Virus record (IMG/VR): IMGVR_UViG_3300020577_014021
Source of the DNA: a virus
Lineage: Duplodnaviria > Caudoviricetes
Reading direction: 5' to 3' (one strand)
DNA length: 64,000 nt
Shown here: piece by piece, positions 62,444 to 64,000 of the stretch
Position numbering within the stretch: the first letter of the stretch is position 1
Layout of the letters: each line of letters begins with the position of its first letter
Position numbers and translations under genes: made by a program
The notes under the pieces: model-generated
Seen by the model: the letters and a program-made list of their open reading frames with translations, nothing else
Told to the model about the DNA's origin: nothing
Databases searched by the model: none

Positions 62444-63404
62444 AAAAAAATCTTTGAATTTTAATGATGTCAATCTCTTATCTGTCAAACCAAGTATTGT
62501 CAAAAGCAGAGAAGAAATTGACTGTCCTGCCAATAGAATTATTGTAGCTCCCATGTCTGCCATTATGGGTCCTCTATTTATTAAAAGAGCTGTGCAATTA
62601 AACTTAAGTGTACCAATTCACCGTTTTAATACCGTCAAAGAACAACAAATATTGTTAGATGAAGCTTTAGACCAAAAAACTTTATTTAACTCATCTTCAA
62701 TTTTATGGCTATGTGTAGGATTACATGACTATAAAGAAAGAATTGAAGGGAATTTAGACATTCTTCACAGTTACAACGTTGGTGTGTTATTGGATGTGGC
62801 CAATGGTTTTCACACAGAAGTTGAAAAATGTATAAATAAAATAAAAGCATACAATATAGAAAATTTATTTACAGGTAACATCCATACTTTTAGTGGTTGG
62901 CAATTTTTAGAAAACCTGGAAAGCAAATTTATACGTGTTGGTATAGGCAATGGTGCTGCGTGTTTAACTACCAATAATACAGGGATTGGGCGTGGCCAAT
63001 TAACCATTATTGATGAAATTTACTATGATAATGGTTATAAAACAGCTTATATCGTAAGCGATGGTGGCATTAAAGAGCCTGGAGATGCTTGCAAGGCTTT
63101 CGCAAGTGGTGCTGATTATATCATGGTTGGTTCCATGTTTTCTTATGCTGCAGAAGCTGAATGTAACCTGAATGGCCAAGGAGTGTTTTACGGTGGTGCT
63201 AGTAAATATGCCAAAGAAAAAATGGGTCTTAATCAAAAAAATATTGAAGGGACTGGACTAACCATTGATAAATCTAAAATTCAACCATTAGACAAAATTG
63301 TAGAGAATCTTTTAGATGGTATTAAAAGCTGCATTTCTTATTGTGGATATACTAAATTAGATGATTTTATTGGTAATGGGATGTTTGAATTAAAACAAAG
63401 ATAA
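62430..63404 (+). CDS. guaC: GMP reductase (IMPDH/GMPR family, no CBS domains)
   Basis: APM, DVANG, VGIG.GAAC.T..TG.G, SDGGIK.PGD.CKAF..GAD.IMVGSMF, FYG.AS, EG; 324 aa. Confidence 0.8.
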   Translation: MNLSKKKSLNFNDVNLLSVKPSIVKSREEIDCPANRIIVAPMSAIMGPLFIKRAVQLNLSVPIHRFNTVKEQQILLDEALDQKTLFNSSSILWLCVGLHDYKERIEGNLDILHSYNVGVLLDVANGFHTEVEKCINKIKAYNIENLFTGNIHTFSGWQFLENLESKFIRVGIGNGAACLTTNNTGIGRGQLTIIDEIYYDNGYKTAYIVSDGGIKEPGDACKAFASGADYIMVGSMFSYAAEAECNLNGQGVFYGGASKYAKEKMGLNQKNIEGTGLTIDKSKIQPLDKIVENLLDGIKSCISYCGYTKLDDFIGNGMFELKQR

Positions 63405-63417
63405 AATTTATATTACC

Positions 63418-63591
63418 TTAAGATTCAATTTCTTTTAGTCCAATATTAACGTTATACTTTTTCTTAAATTCTAGTTGTTCTTTTCTAAGCTTTACTATGC
63501 TCTTAAAGATTTCATTCAAACAGTCTGCATAAATTTGAGTTGCATCTTCCCATATCTTTTCTAACTTTTCGGTTTTTTGTTCGTTTTCCAT
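63418..63591 (-). CDS. small hypothetical protein (57 aa)
   Basis: MENEQKTEKLEKIWED..., read by hand. Confidence 0.4.
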   Translation of the reverse strand: MENEQKTEKLEKIWEDATQIYADCLNEIFKSIVKLRKEQLEFKKKYNVNIGLKEIES

Positions 63592-63615
63592 AACTATATT
63601 ATAATTAATTTAAAT

Positions 63616-63658
63616 AAAAAAAGACCTGCTCGTAAGTTTACGATTAAGAAAACAGGTC
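63616..63658 (-). terminator. rho-independent terminator after the capsid gene
   Basis: GACCTG/CAGGTC stem with inner TCGTAA/TTACGA, followed by a T run on the - strand. Confidence 0.55.
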
Positions 63659-63689
63659 AAATTGTATTTGATAAAGTAAGGAGGGAAAA

Positions 63690-64000
63690 TTAACCAGTGA
63701 TTTCGCCAAGCAGGACGCTTGTACGCGGAAGTTTCGCAGCAACGCAACCAAAGGTGTAATAGATTTTACGCAACGAAGTATCAATCGTAGCAGCGTTAAG
63801 CGATTCAAACGGTACCAACATATGTTTTTCCAAACCAAGTTTGTCAAGCAAGAAACCTGTCGAAGCTCCAGGAACCTTGTTATTCAAGTCAACAAACACA
63901 GTCGTGGCCAAACCAGAATTCGCCACACGGCCAATGAACTTCATATTGACTTTAGAAGTAGCACCAACTGTACCAACCGAACGATACACATTAAACCAAC
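63690..64000 (-). CDS. probable major capsid protein, C-terminus (begins outside window)
   Basis: YRS..IGRVA..F.D.N..PG..F..L.P...A......FG..A...P pattern resembling large-myovirus capsid C-termini; higher GC than flanks; strong terminator. Confidence 0.6.
   Translation of the reverse strand, partial: WFNVYRSVGTVGATSKVNMKFIGRVANSGLATTVFVDLNNKVPGASTGFLLDKLGLEKHMLVPFESLNAATIDTSLRKIYYTFGCVAAKLPRTSVLLGEITG

Noticed and set aside
1425-63847. Many short antisense or overlapping ORFs (e.g. 1425, 4757, 29440, 32332, 35979, 62810, 63644)
   Set aside because: They shadow well-supported genes and lack RBSs or recognisable motifs.
1-64000. CRISPR array
   Set aside because: No regularly spaced identical repeats seen; the 34.4-34.7 kb repeats are degenerate and only two copies.
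1-64000. Stop-codon reassignment or suppressor tRNA
   Set aside because: Long genes read intact in code 11, all three stop codons are used, and no CTA/TTA/TCA anticodon was found.

Overview
Very AT-rich segment of a large contractile-tailed (myovirus-type) phage. The left 12.3 kb (- strand) is a neck/tail morphogenesis operon: head-tail adaptor and neck genes, tail terminator, a 955-aa sheath, tube, holin, tail chaperones and the start of a probable tape measure. The 3' end of a probable major capsid gene is at the far right, so about 51 kb of accessory DNA separates the head and tail genes. That DNA encodes thymidylate kinase, dUTPase, GMP reductase, an RpoH-like sigma factor, HU, an Sm-like protein, a Dam-type methylase, a metacaspase, a nucleotidyltransferase, a DUF262 protein, six tRNAs, two atypical tRNA-like RNAs and dozens of small ORFs behind sigma70-type promoters. 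Main findings: (1) a phage-encoded homolog of myxobacterial TraA, the kin-recognition/outer-membrane-exchange receptor (signal peptide, PA14-like domain, Cys-rich repeats, MYXO-CTERM-like tail); (2) two related IS1-family cargo transposons sharing a five-gene core, one inserted into the other's transposase with perfect 16-bp inverted repeats and an 8-bp target duplication, the outer one carrying a complete type III restriction-modification system; (3) a 134-nt multi-arm tRNA-like RNA and a tRNA with an AAT anticodon. All family calls come from motif recognition by eye; no database searches were run.
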